Shown here piece after piece: positions 8,615-19,324 of a DNA stretch of 64,000 nt. This DNA is from Candidatus Latescibacterota bacterium (GTDB taxonomy: Bacteria > Latescibacterota > UBA2968 > UBA8231), in contig OY730476.1 of assembly GCA_963422735.1 (NCBI GenBank), positions 3,424,001 to 3,488,000 of the forward strand, given 5' to 3'. How positions within the stretch are numbered: position 1 is the stretch's first letter; each line of letters starts with the position of its first letter. The position numbers and the translations under genes are program-made. Below the pieces are notes generated by a model. That model searched no databases. It was not told the origin of the DNA and worked only from the letters and a program-made list of their open reading frames with translations.

Positions 8615-11181
8615 TGGGGGGCGGACTGGTGGAGGATGCGCTCGGCCTCGACCAATTTCGGCCGCTCGCCGTATTGCTCTTTGTACTGGTGGAGGATGGC
8701 CAGTGCTCCGGCAAGATCGCCCTTGGCCTGTAGGGCGGCGGCCAATTCGTAGTAGCCCTCCCAGCGGGCCGGCGCGAGGGCGATAGCTTGGTGATAGAGA
8801 CCCTCGGCGCGGTCGTAGGCCGAGTAAGGAGCTTGGATCAGCACCCCGATCAGGGCGATGATATTGTCGTAGGTGGCGACCGGCTCAATGCCCACGCGCT
8901 CGATGAGGAACCGCGCGGCCTCGTAGATGTGCTCGGTCGCTACGTCGTGCTGGCCGAGTTCGCTGAAGTAATCGGCTGCCGCATAGTGGTTTTCCCAACT
9001 TAGGTAGATATTGTCCCGCGCCCACTGCATGAGCTGCGGCACCTCGGCTCTGCGCCCCTGCTCCTCGTAGCTGCGGGCCAACTGCAAGACGCAGGCCCAG
9101 TAGTTGCCCAAGAGGCGCTCGGAGTTTTCGTCCTTGTACAAGGACGGGTCGTTGAGGCCGCGGAAGCGGTATTTTTCGAGGAGATTGCGCTCTAGGGCCT
9201 CGTCATCTACTCCGTCTGTAGGTTCGGGCGAGACTTTTACGCTCATGCCGACCATCGTCAAATAGGGGTCGAGGTTGAGCAGATTGCTGGTGGGAACAGT
9301 GATGGCAAAGTGAATGGGTTTTTTCCACTCGTTCCAAGCCAGAATTTTGATGACCATGACGTCTTGGATGCGGAGGACCGGGTACTCGGGGGGAGTGCTC
9401 ACTTCTACGTTGATTCCCAATTTTTTGAGTTCCGGTGGCACCTTGGGCTCAGGCCAGTACCGTTTGTAGAAATTGACCATCTGCGTGTCGGTGAGCACCG
9501 AGTCGATGAAGTCGTCGGTGTAGCGGATGTCGATGCGCGGTTCGCGGTCGCGCAGTTGTTTGATGTACCAGTTGGTGTTCAACAGGCTCAAGTTGACCAC
9601 CCGCACATCGCGCCGCACCCCTTCTACTTCCTGCAAAAACCACAGCGGAAAGGTGTCGTTGTCCCCATTGGTGAACAGGATGGAGCCTTCCTCGCAGCTA
9701 GTCAGCATGTTGTGCGCGTAATCATAGGCGATAAAGTCGCCCGTGCGGTCTTCCACGTGATAGAGCCGCGCCGCCACCCCGGCCGGCAGCAACAACCCAG
9801 CTGCCGCCACCGCCAATACCACCGCCCGATGCCGCCCCCACTGCTGGCGCACCGCCTCCACCACGCCCAGCCAGCCCAGCCCGATCCACAGCGCGAACGC
9901 CAAGTACATCCCGCCGAACACGTAGTGCCGCTCGCGCGGCTGCGGGTCTGGCATGTTCAGGTAGAACGACAGCCCAAACCCCATAATCAAGAACAGTAGC
10001 AACACCCCCCCGAACCGCCGCCAGTCCTGTCGCCCGTGCCACCACAACCCCCACAGCCCCAGCCCGTACGGCACCAGCGAAATGGATACCCGATCCGGCA
10101 GGTTTATGGTGGCCTTGCGGAACTCCTCGACCCGCTCCAGAAGCGGAAAGGGAAACTGCTGAAAGAAGTACTTCATCTGCTGATCCCAAAACTGATAGGT
10201 GCGGCTCGCCCGCGCCGTCAGCATGGTCGTCAGCATGCTCTCGGTGCCGTATTGCTCGCGGTTGAGGAACTTGAGGAACGCCGACCAAGTCTCTGGATCG
10301 TTCTCGTCGATGGCCGGATTCAAGCCGGAGCGAATGTACAACGCGCCATACGTGGAATAGCCCAGCGCGAACAGTATGAGAACGCCTAGCAGCAGGGCAA
10401 AGAGCCGTCGGTCGCGGCCGTACAGGTACGCCAGCAGCCCAGCCAGCCCCAACACCATCACCCCATTCGACTGCGCCCCCGGACCCAATGCCACCACCAC
10501 CAGTCCGCCGACCGCGCCCCAGCCGACCAGCAGCACGATCAGCCGTTGCAACTGGCGGTCGGCAAACCACGCCAGCAGCATGAGCGATGGAATCGTCAAC
10601 AGGCACAACATGTGCAGGCCGCCGCCGAGGCCGAACAAATAGGCCAGCACCAACAGCCAGCGATCATTGGCCGCCCCAGCGCCGCTGCCTTCCCAGTAGA
10701 AAATCAGCCACAGCCCCAAGCACGTAAACAAAATGGAGTAGCCGTACACCTCGGCTTCGGAGGCATTGTACCACTGGGTGTAGGAGAACGCCAACGTCAG
10801 CGCGGCCACAGCCCCACCGGCGAGGACGCCGATGTCGCGGGCGTCGCCCAGCGGTTGCAGGGGCTGGCCGCCCAACGCCCGCCGTCCCAATGCGACGGTC
10901 GATAGATAGACACACCAAATCGCCAGCGCGGACGTCAGCGCGGACATGAAGTTGACGCGGATGGCGACTTCGCCGATGGGAAACAAGGTAAAGACTCGTC
11001 CCAACAGCACGTACAAAGGAGCGCCCGGAGGGTGGGGCACACCGAGAATATAGGATGTGGCGATGAACTCGCCGCAGTCCCAAAACGACACGGTCGGCGC
11101 GAGGGTCTTCACGTACATCCCCAACGTCAGCACGAAAATTCCCACTCCAAAAACCCGGTGGATTACAGCGGAATTAGGCAT
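8611..11181 (-). CDS. DUF2723 / TMEM260-like membrane glycosyltransferase (GT-C fold) with C-terminal TPR
   Basis: 'SFWDCGEFIA...GVPHPPG', 'EAEVY', 'RERHY', 'GDNDTFPLW'; many TM segments. Confidence 0.88.
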   Translation of the reverse strand: MPNSAVIHRVFGVGIFVLTLGMYVKTLAPTVSFWDCGEFIATSYILGVPHPPGAPLYVLLGRVFTLFPIGEVAIRVNFMSALTSALAIWCVYLSTVALGRRALGGQPLQPLGDARDIGVLAGGAVAALTLAFSYTQWYNASEAEVYGYSILFTCLGLWLIFYWEGSGAGAANDRWLLVLAYLFGLGGGLHMLCLLTIPSLMLLAWFADRQLQRLIVLLVGWGAVGGLVVVALGPGAQSNGVMVLGLAGLLAYLYGRDRRLFALLLGVLILFALGYSTYGALYIRSGLNPAIDENDPETWSAFLKFLNREQYGTESMLTTMLTARASRTYQFWDQQMKYFFQQFPFPLLERVEEFRKATINLPDRVSISLVPYGLGLWGLWWHGRQDWRRFGGVLLLFLIMGFGLSFYLNMPDPQPRERHYVFGGMYLAFALWIGLGWLGVVEAVRQQWGRHRAVVLAVAAAGLLLPAGVAARLYHVEDRTGDFIAYDYAHNMLTSCEEGSILFTNGDNDTFPLWFLQEVEGVRRDVRVVNLSLLNTNWYIKQLRDREPRIDIRYTDDFIDSVLTDTQMVNFYKRYWPEPKVPPELKKLGINVEVSTPPEYPVLRIQDVMVIKILAWNEWKKPIHFAITVPTSNLLNLDPYLTMVGMSVKVSPEPTDGVDDEALERNLLEKYRFRGLNDPSLYKDENSERLLGNYWACVLQLARSYEEQGRRAEVPQLMQWARDNIYLSWENHYAAADYFSELGQHDVATEHIYEAARFLIERVGIEPVATYDNIIALIGVLIQAPYSAYDRAEGLYHQAIALAPARWEGYYELAAALQAKGDLAGALAILHQYKEQYGERPKLVEAERILHQSAPQ

Positions 11182-11264
11182 TGGCAAATGATCTTAGGTG
11201 AATGCGCGGATAGACGATCTATTCAAATATAAGAAATATAATAGGTAAAAGGCCGCCGACTGTC

Positions 11265-11918
11265 CTATCCCACCAACTCGGCCGTGCCCCAAGTGCTCGG
11301 ATCGCGTTCTACGCCCATGTCCGAGATCGACGACCAAGACTGGGTGCCGTGCTGCGCGTCGTGCAACAGGTACGCAAACCCCACCCGGCTAAACTCTCTC
11401 GGCGCAAAACCATTGAGGCCCGCGGCTGGCAGTTTGATCTCTAGCTGATAGCTCCGCTTGAGTCGGCGCAAGCCGGTTTCAATCGCGTCTTCCGGGCAGG
11501 GCGGTGCCTGTTCGCGGGCGTCCTCAATGGAGGTCTGGCGGGCGATGGGTTGCTTGCCGTCTTTGCCGCTGCCGCCGGGCAAGACGTAAAATCGGTGGCA
11601 GAAGCGGTTGGCGCGGTGCTCCTTGACGTCGCGAGTGTCGATGAATAGTTCGAGGCTGTCGCCGGCCGCGGGTTGGAGCGGATTGAGCTTGTAGGTGGTC
11701 TTGTTCTTGACCTCGCAGGCAAAGTACAGGCCGCTGTCGTCGTAGGACATATAGACCGAGGCAAAGGGCTGGTGGCCATCGACGGCCATCAGGTCGGGCA
11801 CGTGCGCTGCGTCGTCCCAATCGCGCAAGTTGCCGTCGATTTTGGGCGGCTTCTGCCGCAGCGGGCAGCGAAAGGAAAACTCGAAAAAGGCGCGTTGGGG
11901 CAGGCGCAGATCGCTCAT
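11265..11918 (-). CDS. CBM9/DOMON-like domain protein, no signal peptide
   Basis: 'PKIDGNLRDW', 'YDDSGLYFACEV', 'GDSLELFID', 'YQLEIKLP', 'PSTWG'; ATGA overlap with the uvrA stop. Confidence 0.75.
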   Translation of the reverse strand: MSDLRLPQRAFFEFSFRCPLRQKPPKIDGNLRDWDDAAHVPDLMAVDGHQPFASVYMSYDDSGLYFACEVKNKTTYKLNPLQPAAGDSLELFIDTRDVKEHRANRFCHRFYVLPGGSGKDGKQPIARQTSIEDAREQAPPCPEDAIETGLRRLKRSYQLEIKLPAAGLNGFAPREFSRVGFAYLLHDAQHGTQSWSSISDMGVERDPSTWGTAELVG

Positions 11919-14900
11919 GCTCGCTGCGCCTTTGTCTCGCGCCGCAGCACTTCGGCGAGAATACGTCCGGTGTGCGATTGCCGGCTTTGGGCTACTTTTT
12001 CTGGCGGACCTGCGGCCACGAGCATCCCCCCTTGATCGCCCCCCTCTGGCCCTAGGTCAATGAGGTGATCCGCGGTCTTGATGACATCCATATTGTGCTC
12101 GATGACAACCATAGTGTTGCCAGCATCAACGAGGCGGTGAAGCACAGTGAGCAGGCATTCAATGTCGGCCAAGTGCAGGCCGGTGGTTGGCTCGTCGAGG
12201 ATGTAGAGGGTCTGCCCGGTGTCGGGGCGGCACAATTCGGCGGCCAGCTTGAGGCGCTGGGCCTCGCCGCCGGACAGGGTGGTAGAGGATTGTCCCAAGG
12301 ACATGTAGCCCAAGCCGACGTCTTCCATTATTTGCAGACGCTTGCGAATGCGGGGGATGTTCTCGCAGAGGACGAGCGCATCGCGCACCCGCATTTGCAG
12401 CACGTCGGCAATCGAGTGTCCCTTGAACTGCACCCGCAACACTTCGGGCGTGTAACGCTGGCCGCGGCAGTGGTCGCATTCGACCCAGACATCCGGCAAG
12501 AAGTGCATCTCAATGCAGCGTTGCCCCAGCCCCTCGCAGGTCTCGCAGCGGCCTCCGGGCTTGTTAAAACTGAAGCGGCCGGCTGCAAAACCGGCGACCT
12601 TGGCGTCCGGCAGGTCCGCGTAGAGCTGGCGCATCAGGTCGAAGACGCCCATTGCGGTGGCCGGTGTGGAGCGCGGGGAGTGGCCAATGGGGGCTTGGTC
12701 GATGTGGATGACCTTGTCGATGTGCTCAACCCCGTCAATTTGGTCATGCTCGCCAACCGGGCGGCTGGCCTTGTGCAGCTCGTTGGCGAGTGCGTTGAAG
12801 AGCACGCTTTCCACGAGCGAGGACTTGCCCGACCCCGAGACGCCGGTGACGCACACGAGGCGGCCGAGCGGGATCGGCACGTCGATGTTTTTGAGGTTGT
12901 GCTGGCGCGCCCCGCGCACTACGAGCTGCCCGTTGCGGCGCTTGCGGCGGCTGGCCGGGACTGGGATGTGCAATTCGCCGCGCAGGTACGCGCTGGTGAG
13001 CGACTGCCGGTCGTTGCCGAGCCGGCTTGGCACCCCGGCCGCGACGAGGTCGCCTCCTTCGCTGCCCGCGCCCGGGCCGAGATCGACGATGTGATCGGCT
13101 CCTTCGAGGGTATCGCGGTCGTGCTCGACTAATACGACGGTATTGCCCAAGTCCTTCAGGGACTTGAGGGCATCCAATAGCCGGGCGTTGTCGCGTGGAT
13201 GCAGGCCGATGGTCGGCTCGTCGAGCAGGTAGAGTACGCCGGTGAGGCCGGAGCCGATCTGGGAGGCGAGGCGGATGCGTTGGGCCTCGCCGCCGGATAG
13301 GGTCGCGGCGCGCCGCTCCAAGTCGATATAACCGAGGCCGACGCGTTCCAAAAAGCCGAGGCGTGTGCGGATTTCTTGCAACAGCTCGCCAGCGATGTCG
13401 CGCTCGCGCTCGTGGAGGTACAGGTCGCTGAAGAAAGACAAGCTCTCGGCGATGGGCAGGCGGGCGACTTGGACGATGCTCTTGTCGCGGAGGTACACGG
13501 CGCGGCTGTCGGTATGTAGGCGGCTGCCCTCGCATGTCGAGCACGGGACTTGGCACAAGAGATGCCGGTGTCGCTTGCTGGTGCTCGCGTATTCGTCGAG
13601 GGTTGGCAAGACGCCGGTGTAGCGGAAGCCGAGGTCGTCCACGGTCAATTGCTGCTCGGGTGCGCCGTAGAGCAGGGTGCGCCGGGCTTCGGGCGCGAGC
13701 GCGGCATATGGCGTGTCCAAGCTGAAGCCCAAGGCATTCCCCGCGGTGGAGAGGAGGCGGGCAAACTCCGGGTCTTGTACCGGCCCCCAAGCGCGGATGG
13801 CCCCCTCGCGCACACTCAGATGCGGCACTACGACCCGCTCGCGATCGATGCCTTGGCCCAGCCCCAACCCCTCACAGACTTGGCACATGCCTTGTTGGTG
13901 GTTGAAGGAGAAGCACTGTGGCGACAGGGGCGAGAAGGCCCGGCCGCACCCCGGGCAGGAGTAGCGGCGGCTGAAGCGTTCCTCGGTCTCGTCGTCGGGC
14001 GCGGCCACGATCAGCTCTCCTCCCCCTAGCTCTAGGGCGCGCTCGACGGATTCGGTGAGGCGGCCTCGGCCGTTGGCGCGGACAGCGAGGCGATCAACGA
14101 CGAGCTCGATGCGGTGGCGATGGCGGCGCTCTAGCTGGATTTTCTCGCGCAAATCGTGGACCGTGCCGTCGATACGGGCGCGGAGGAAGCCATCGCTGCG
14201 GGCGCGTGCCAACAGGGTTTCGTAGCCTTCGTTGTGGCGCGGCTCTATGGGGGCGAGGATGAGGATGCGGCGGCCGGTGGGCATCTGCTGGATGCGCTCG
14301 ACCATTTCCTGCGCGGTCTGCGTACCGGCCGGCACTTGGCAGCGCGGGCAGTGCTGGGTCCCCAAGGCCGCGTACAGGGCGCGGATGTAATCGTACACTT
14401 CGGTGACCGTGCCGACCGTGGAGCGGGGGTTGCGGCTGGGAGCTTTCTGCTCGATGGCAATGGCTGGCGACAGCCCGGAGACGCGCTCGACCTTGGGCTT
14501 TTGCATCTGTTCGAGAAACTGTCGCGCATACGCCGACAGCGACTCCACGTAGCGCCGCTGGCCCTCGGCGTACAAGGTATCAAAAGCCAGCGAAGATTTG
14601 CCCGAGCCGGAGACGCCGGAGATGACCGTTAGCTGGTCTCGGGGGATTTTGACGTCGATGTTGCGCAAATTGTGCTGGCGTGCGCCGAGGATCTCGATTT
14701 CCCGGATCCAGCCGTTGCCCTCGCGGTGGCCGTTGGTCGCCGCTGGCAGCGCGGCCCGCTGCGGTTTGAGTGCCTTTTTGAGCGCGCGGCCGGTGTGCGA
14801 ATGCTCGTTTTGGGCCACGGCTTCCGGCGGCCCGGCCGCAATAACCCAACCGCCGTCCTCGCCTCCTTCGGGGCCTAAGTCGAGGATGTAATCCGCAGTC

Positions 14901-17581
14901 TTGATGACCTCTGTGTTGTGCTCGACGACGATGACGCTGTTGCCTTGATCGGCAAAGGTGTGGAGGATGCGCAGCAGCTTATCCACGTCGGCAAAGTGCA
15001 GGCCGGTGGTCGGCTCGTCGAGGATGTAGAGGGTGCGGCCCGTGCTGCGGCGGCAGAGTTCTTTGGCCAGTTTGATGCGCTGGGCCTCGCCGCCGGATAG
15101 GGTGGGAGCGGGCTGGCCGAGCTTGATGTAGCCGAGGCCCACGTCGTACAGGGTCTGGAGTACGCGGCGCACGGGGGCCACGTGCTCAAAGAGGTCGAGT
15201 GCTTCTTCGACCTCCATTTCCAGCACGTCGGCGATCGAATGGCCCTTGTATTTGATGGTCTGGGTCTGGCGATTGAAGCGGCGGCCTGCACAGACTTCGC
15301 AGGTGACCCAGATATCGGCGAGGAATTCCATCTCCACCAAGTTCGCGCCGTTGCCCGCGCAGGCTTCGCAGCGCCCACCTTTGACGTTAAAGGAAAAGCG
15401 GCCCGGCTGGTAGCCGCGCAGGCGGGCCTCGGGCAGCTTGGCAAAGAGCTGGCGAACGGGCGTGAAAGCGTCGGTGTACGTGGCCGGGTTGGAACGGGGT
15501 GTGCGGCCGATGGGCTTCTGGTCGATGCGGATGACCTTGTCGAGGTGTTCAACGCCCTCGATAGCCGCGTGTGCGCCTGGCTCGTGCAGGGCGCGGTGTA
15601 GGACGCAGTCGAGCTGTTTGAAGACGATGTCGTTGATCAGCGAGCTTTTGCCCGAGCCGGAGACGCCGGTGACGCAGGTGAACAGCCCGAGGGGAATGCG
15701 CACCTCGATGTCTTTGAGGTTGTGCTGGCGTGCCCCTTCGACGACCAGCCACTTGCCGTTGCCGCGACGGCGCTGGCTGGGGACCGGGATAGCTTCCTCG
15801 CCCGCGAGATAGCGGCCCGTGAGGGATTGGGGGCTGTGTTCTACGTGACTCGGCGAGCCAAAGGCGACTAGCTCGCCGCCGCGCTCGCCCGCCCCGGGAC
15901 CAAAGTCCACGACTACATCGGCCTCGCGCATGGTCTCTTCGTCGTGCTCGACGACGATGACTGTGTTGCCGATATCGCGCAGGCGTTTGAGGGTGGCCAA
16001 CAGCCGCTGGTTGTCGCGGTGGTGCAGACCAATGGAAGGTTCGTCGAGGATGTATAGTACGCCGACTAAACCGGAGCCGATCTGGGAGGCGAGGCGGATG
16101 CGCTGGGCCTCGCCGCCGGACAGGGTATGCGCGCCGCGGTCGAGGGTTAGATAGCCCAAGCCCATGTCGCACATAAGCTGCAAGCGGCCGCGGATTTCTT
16201 TGAGCGCCTCTTCGGCGATGAGGGCGTTGGCGTCCTCAAAGGCAACGGCGCGAAAGAAGTTGCGCGCTTCTTCGATGGCAATGGCGGTTAGTTGCGGGAG
16301 GTTGCGCCCGTCGATTTTGACGGCGAGGGACTCTGGCCGCAGGCGGCCGCCGTCGCACCGCGCACAGTGCTGCACACCCATGTATTGCTCTAATTCGCGG
16401 CGCTGTTTCTCCTTGGCACCGCGAAATTTTTCTTCGAGAAACGGGATGACGCCTTCGTATTTGTCGTTGTGCGACCAACTCGAGCTACGGAGGTTGGTGT
16501 ATGTGAAGGTGATTTTTTCGTCGCCGAGGCCGTAGAGGAAGCCGCGCTTCTGCTCGGCTGCGAGCGTTCCCCACGGCGTGTCGAGATCAAAGCCGAGGTG
16601 CTCGGCCGCGCCTTCGTATAAATGCAGACGCCAGCGGTTGCTACCCATCTCACCGAGCGGCGCGAGTGCTCCGGTGCGCAGGGTTTTGGACGGGTCGGGC
16701 ACCATCAGGTGCTCGCTCATCAGCACTTGCGTGCCGAGGCCGTGGCAGTCTGGGCACATGCCTTGGGGGTTGTTGAAGGAAAACATCTGCGGCGTTGGCT
16801 CCTGATAGGAGATGCCGCAGGCCGTGCAGTCGAAGCGATCGCTGAGCAGGAAGTCGTCGGCTCCTTCGCGGGCCACGATGAAGGTCCCCTGCCCGAGGCG
16901 CAGCGCATTGTCAATGGCTTCTTCCAAACGGCGGTCTTCCCGCTCGTGGAGAATTAAGCGATCGACCACGACTTCGATGCTGTGGCGGCTGTAGCGATCG
17001 AGCTGGGGGGCGTGGTCGAGGGTAAAAATTTGGCCATCAACGCGTACGCGGATGTAGCCGGCCTTTTGCAAGTCGGCAAAAAGCTCTTGGTATTCGCCTT
17101 TGCGCTCTTGGACGACTGGGGCGAGGATGTGCAGGCGCGAGTTGACAGGCAGGGCGCGGATGCGTGCGGCGATCTGCGTGCGGCTCTGCGCGCCGATAGG
17201 CTCGCCGCACTCGGTGCAGTGCGGGATGCCGACACGGGCGAAGAGCACGCGCAAATAGTCGTAGATTTCTGTGATGGTGCCGACGGTGGAGCGGGGGCTT
17301 TGGCCGGCGGTTTTCTGGGCGATGGATATGGTGGGGGATAGGCCCGTGATCTGATCGACGTCGGGTTTTTCCATCTGGCCCAAAAACTGGCGCGCATACG
17401 CCGACAGCGAAGTGACGTAGCGGCGCTGCCCTTCGGCGTACAGGGTATCGAAGGCCAGCGAGGACTTGCCCGAGCCGGAGACGCCAGTGAAGCAGATCAG
17501 TTTGTTTTTGGGCAGTGTGAGGTGGACGTTTTTGAGGTTGTGGACGCGGGCACCGCGGACGACGATAGCTTGTGTTTCCAT
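11915..17581 (-). CDS. uvrA: excinuclease ABC subunit A, tandem-duplicated (double-length) form
   Basis: 1888 aa; two full UvrA units with four GVSGSGKS Walker A, four LSGGEAQR signatures and CxxC zinc fingers. Confidence 0.95.
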   Translation of the reverse strand: METQAIVVRGARVHNLKNVHLTLPKNKLICFTGVSGSGKSSLAFDTLYAEGQRRYVTSLSAYARQFLGQMEKPDVDQITGLSPTISIAQKTAGQSPRSTVGTITEIYDYLRVLFARVGIPHCTECGEPIGAQSRTQIAARIRALPVNSRLHILAPVVQERKGEYQELFADLQKAGYIRVRVDGQIFTLDHAPQLDRYSRHSIEVVVDRLILHEREDRRLEEAIDNALRLGQGTFIVAREGADDFLLSDRFDCTACGISYQEPTPQMFSFNNPQGMCPDCHGLGTQVLMSEHLMVPDPSKTLRTGALAPLGEMGSNRWRLHLYEGAAEHLGFDLDTPWGTLAAEQKRGFLYGLGDEKITFTYTNLRSSSWSHNDKYEGVIPFLEEKFRGAKEKQRRELEQYMGVQHCARCDGGRLRPESLAVKIDGRNLPQLTAIAIEEARNFFRAVAFEDANALIAEEALKEIRGRLQLMCDMGLGYLTLDRGAHTLSGGEAQRIRLASQIGSGLVGVLYILDEPSIGLHHRDNQRLLATLKRLRDIGNTVIVVEHDEETMREADVVVDFGPGAGERGGELVAFGSPSHVEHSPQSLTGRYLAGEEAIPVPSQRRRGNGKWLVVEGARQHNLKDIEVRIPLGLFTCVTGVSGSGKSSLINDIVFKQLDCVLHRALHEPGAHAAIEGVEHLDKVIRIDQKPIGRTPRSNPATYTDAFTPVRQLFAKLPEARLRGYQPGRFSFNVKGGRCEACAGNGANLVEMEFLADIWVTCEVCAGRRFNRQTQTIKYKGHSIADVLEMEVEEALDLFEHVAPVRRVLQTLYDVGLGYIKLGQPAPTLSGGEAQRIKLAKELCRRSTGRTLYILDEPTTGLHFADVDKLLRILHTFADQGNSVIVVEHNTEVIKTADYILDLGPEGGEDGGWVIAAGPPEAVAQNEHSHTGRALKKALKPQRAALPAATNGHREGNGWIREIEILGARQHNLRNIDVKIPRDQLTVISGVSGSGKSSLAFDTLYAEGQRRYVESLSAYARQFLEQMQKPKVERVSGLSPAIAIEQKAPSRNPRSTVGTVTEVYDYIRALYAALGTQHCPRCQVPAGTQTAQEMVERIQQMPTGRRILILAPIEPRHNEGYETLLARARSDGFLRARIDGTVHDLREKIQLERRHRHRIELVVDRLAVRANGRGRLTESVERALELGGGELIVAAPDDETEERFSRRYSCPGCGRAFSPLSPQCFSFNHQQGMCQVCEGLGLGQGIDRERVVVPHLSVREGAIRAWGPVQDPEFARLLSTAGNALGFSLDTPYAALAPEARRTLLYGAPEQQLTVDDLGFRYTGVLPTLDEYASTSKRHRHLLCQVPCSTCEGSRLHTDSRAVYLRDKSIVQVARLPIAESLSFFSDLYLHERERDIAGELLQEIRTRLGFLERVGLGYIDLERRAATLSGGEAQRIRLASQIGSGLTGVLYLLDEPTIGLHPRDNARLLDALKSLKDLGNTVVLVEHDRDTLEGADHIVDLGPGAGSEGGDLVAAGVPSRLGNDRQSLTSAYLRGELHIPVPASRRKRRNGQLVVRGARQHNLKNIDVPIPLGRLVCVTGVSGSGKSSLVESVLFNALANELHKASRPVGEHDQIDGVEHIDKVIHIDQAPIGHSPRSTPATAMGVFDLMRQLYADLPDAKVAGFAAGRFSFNKPGGRCETCEGLGQRCIEMHFLPDVWVECDHCRGQRYTPEVLRVQFKGHSIADVLQMRVRDALVLCENIPRIRKRLQIMEDVGLGYMSLGQSSTTLSGGEAQRLKLAAELCRPDTGQTLYILDEPTTGLHLADIECLLTVLHRLVDAGNTMVVIEHNMDVIKTADHLIDLGPEGGDQGGMLVAAGPPEKVAQSRQSHTGRILAEVLRRETKAQRA

Positions 17582-17620
17582 GACTTCGTGTTTCGCAAAG
17601 GGAGAGAAGCGAAAACAAAA

Positions 17621-17649
17621 AATATACTATACGGATGTGCAGCGGGCAA
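17621..17649 (-). promoter_or_regulatory. sigma70 promoter of double uvrA with LexA-like box in the spacer
   Basis: TTGCCC-17 bp-TATATT; spacer contains CTGCACATCCGTATAG (17627-17642). Confidence 0.65.
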
Positions 17650-17779
17650 GCGGCGGAGTGCGGAATGGTGCGAAGGGGTTTTAGCAATGCGTTGAGGGAT
17701 CAGGGTGCCGCTTGTGAATTTCCACCCGCAAGGCGGTAATGGACCGCTAAACATCTTCAAACATTCCCCGCGCGGTCGC

Positions 17780-17808
17780 TTGACGCCCCCATTTCGTCTG
17801 TGTATAAT
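17780..17808 (+). promoter_or_regulatory. sigma70 promoter (extended -10)
   Basis: TTGACG-17 bp-TATAAT with TGTG before the -10. Confidence 0.8.
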
Positions 17809-17865
17809 GACCGCTCGGTAATCCAGTAAAATCAATTGCTTATCACCCAAGAGGAGTTGCTAATA

Positions 17866-18666
17866 ATGATTCAATTAGGAGCCAATTCGGTGCTTTTTGC
17901 AGGATTCGATCTAGAAACGGCGATGCGCCATATTCACCTCGCCGGTTACGACAGCGTCGAGTTGGCGGCGATCAAGGGCATGTGCGAACACTTGGAGTTG
18001 GACAACTGGAAGGCGCAGGCCAACCAAATCAAAGAGCTAGCGGAGAAATACGAGCTAAAATTACTGGCCATGGAAGAGGCCGCACTTGACGAAGAGCGCC
18101 TGATGCTCGCCTTTGCGGCCGGTGCTGAGATCGGTATTCCCGTCGTTAACGTCGGCCCGGGGGGCAAAAGCGATGTAGAGGACGATTTCGACCGGCAGGT
18201 CGCGCTGTTGGCCAAAATGGCCGATAGGGCGCACGAACACGGGGTGACGCTGTGTGCCAAGGCGCACGTGGGACAGTGCATATACGATACGCCGACCACG
18301 TTGCGGGCGATGGAGCGGATCGACTCGCCGGGGTTTGGGGTGGATATGGATCCGAGCCACATCCATCGGGCGGGGGAGAATACGGTAGAGGCCCTGTCGG
18401 CGGTCATCTCGCGGGTAAAGCACGTGCATATCCGGGATTGCGCTGTGGCAGAAGGCGGGCCGGGCGCGCCGGAGTTGCAGGCGTGTGGGCGGGGCAACAT
18501 CGATTTGTTCGGGTACGTCAAGGTGCTGCACGAATCTGGGCTGGATGTGGCGGCCAACTTGGAAGTGATTGGTGCCAAGGAGTATGACTTGGGGCAGGTG
18601 GCGACGATTGCGGCAGAGAGCCGAGGGTATTTGAACGCCTGTTTGCGGGCTTGCGGTGCCCGTTAG
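17866..18666 (+). CDS. sugar phosphate isomerase/epimerase (xylose isomerase-like TIM barrel)
   Basis: 'AGYDSVEL', 'GVDMDPSH', 'HVHIRD', 'GRGNID', 'NLEV'; GAGGAG RBS. Confidence 0.85.
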   Translation: MIQLGANSVLFAGFDLETAMRHIHLAGYDSVELAAIKGMCEHLELDNWKAQANQIKELAEKYELKLLAMEEAALDEERLMLAFAAGAEIGIPVVNVGPGGKSDVEDDFDRQVALLAKMADRAHEHGVTLCAKAHVGQCIYDTPTTLRAMERIDSPGFGVDMDPSHIHRAGENTVEALSAVISRVKHVHIRDCAVAEGGPGAPELQACGRGNIDLFGYVKVLHESGLDVAANLEVIGAKEYDLGQVATIAAESRGYLNACLRACGAR

Positions 18667-19216
18667 TCGAGCCTTCGTCGCCATCCGGGTGCCGCCGGTG
18701 CTAGGAAAGCTGAGCGACGCGATGCGCCTGTTGTGGCCGGCGCAGGGTGTGAGTTGGGTGCCGCCGGAAAACCTCCATCTGACGCTGCGCTTTCTCGGCG
18801 CGGCAGAGGACGCACAAATCGCCGCGCTGAGACAGGGGCTGGCGGTGGTTGCCGCCCGGCACGAGGGGTTTGTTGCGGCTGTAGGGCAAAGCGGCTGCTT
18901 CCCCAATCGCCGCCAGCCAAAGGTTATTTGGGCTAGAGTGGCGGATGCAGACGGGCGGTTGGGTGCTTTGCAACGGGATGTTGAAGAAGTGGTGTGCGCG
19001 GCTGGTTGGGTGCCAGAAGAACGGGCCTTCCGCTCGCACGTGACGCTGGGTCGGGTGCGAACGGGGGTGCGTCCTCCAAGGAGCAAGTGGAGCGGCAACC
19101 TGCCGCAGTTGCAAGTTCCGGTGGAGGTGGTGGAGCTGATCGAAAGCATTCTCAAGCCGGCCGGAGCCGAGTATCGGACCCTGCACCGAGCGATGCTTAC
19201 AAAAGATAGTGGTTAG
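18656..19216 (+). CDS. thpR: RNA 2',3'-cyclic phosphodiesterase (2'-5' RNA ligase family)
   Basis: two 2H motifs HLTL and HVTL; 'RAFVAI', 'FPNRRQPKVIW'. Confidence 0.9.
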   Translation: MPVSRAFVAIRVPPVLGKLSDAMRLLWPAQGVSWVPPENLHLTLRFLGAAEDAQIAALRQGLAVVAARHEGFVAAVGQSGCFPNRRQPKVIWARVADADGRLGALQRDVEEVVCAAGWVPEERAFRSHVTLGRVRTGVRPPRSKWSGNLPQLQVPVEVVELIESILKPAGAEYRTLHRAMLTKDSG

Positions 19217-19310
19217 TGATCAGTGATCAGTGGCCAGTCCCGGCCCGGCCTTGCCCCAAAGGGAGCGGGGACGGGGGACTGATCACTAAACACTGTTCAC
19301 TGTTCACTGA
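19208..19310. repeat. heptamer-armed palindromic element A
   Basis: (AGTGRYY)x4, GC-rich core, then inverted ACTGATC/ACTAAAC/ACTGTTC units. Confidence 0.85.
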
Positions 19311-19324
19311 TTTAAAGGAATTCC

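Noticed and set aside
12065-17341. Long + strand ORFs opposite uvrA (also 59124-60200 and similar antisense ORFs throughout)
   Set aside because: Shadow frames of high-GC coding sequence; no RBS or recognisable domains.
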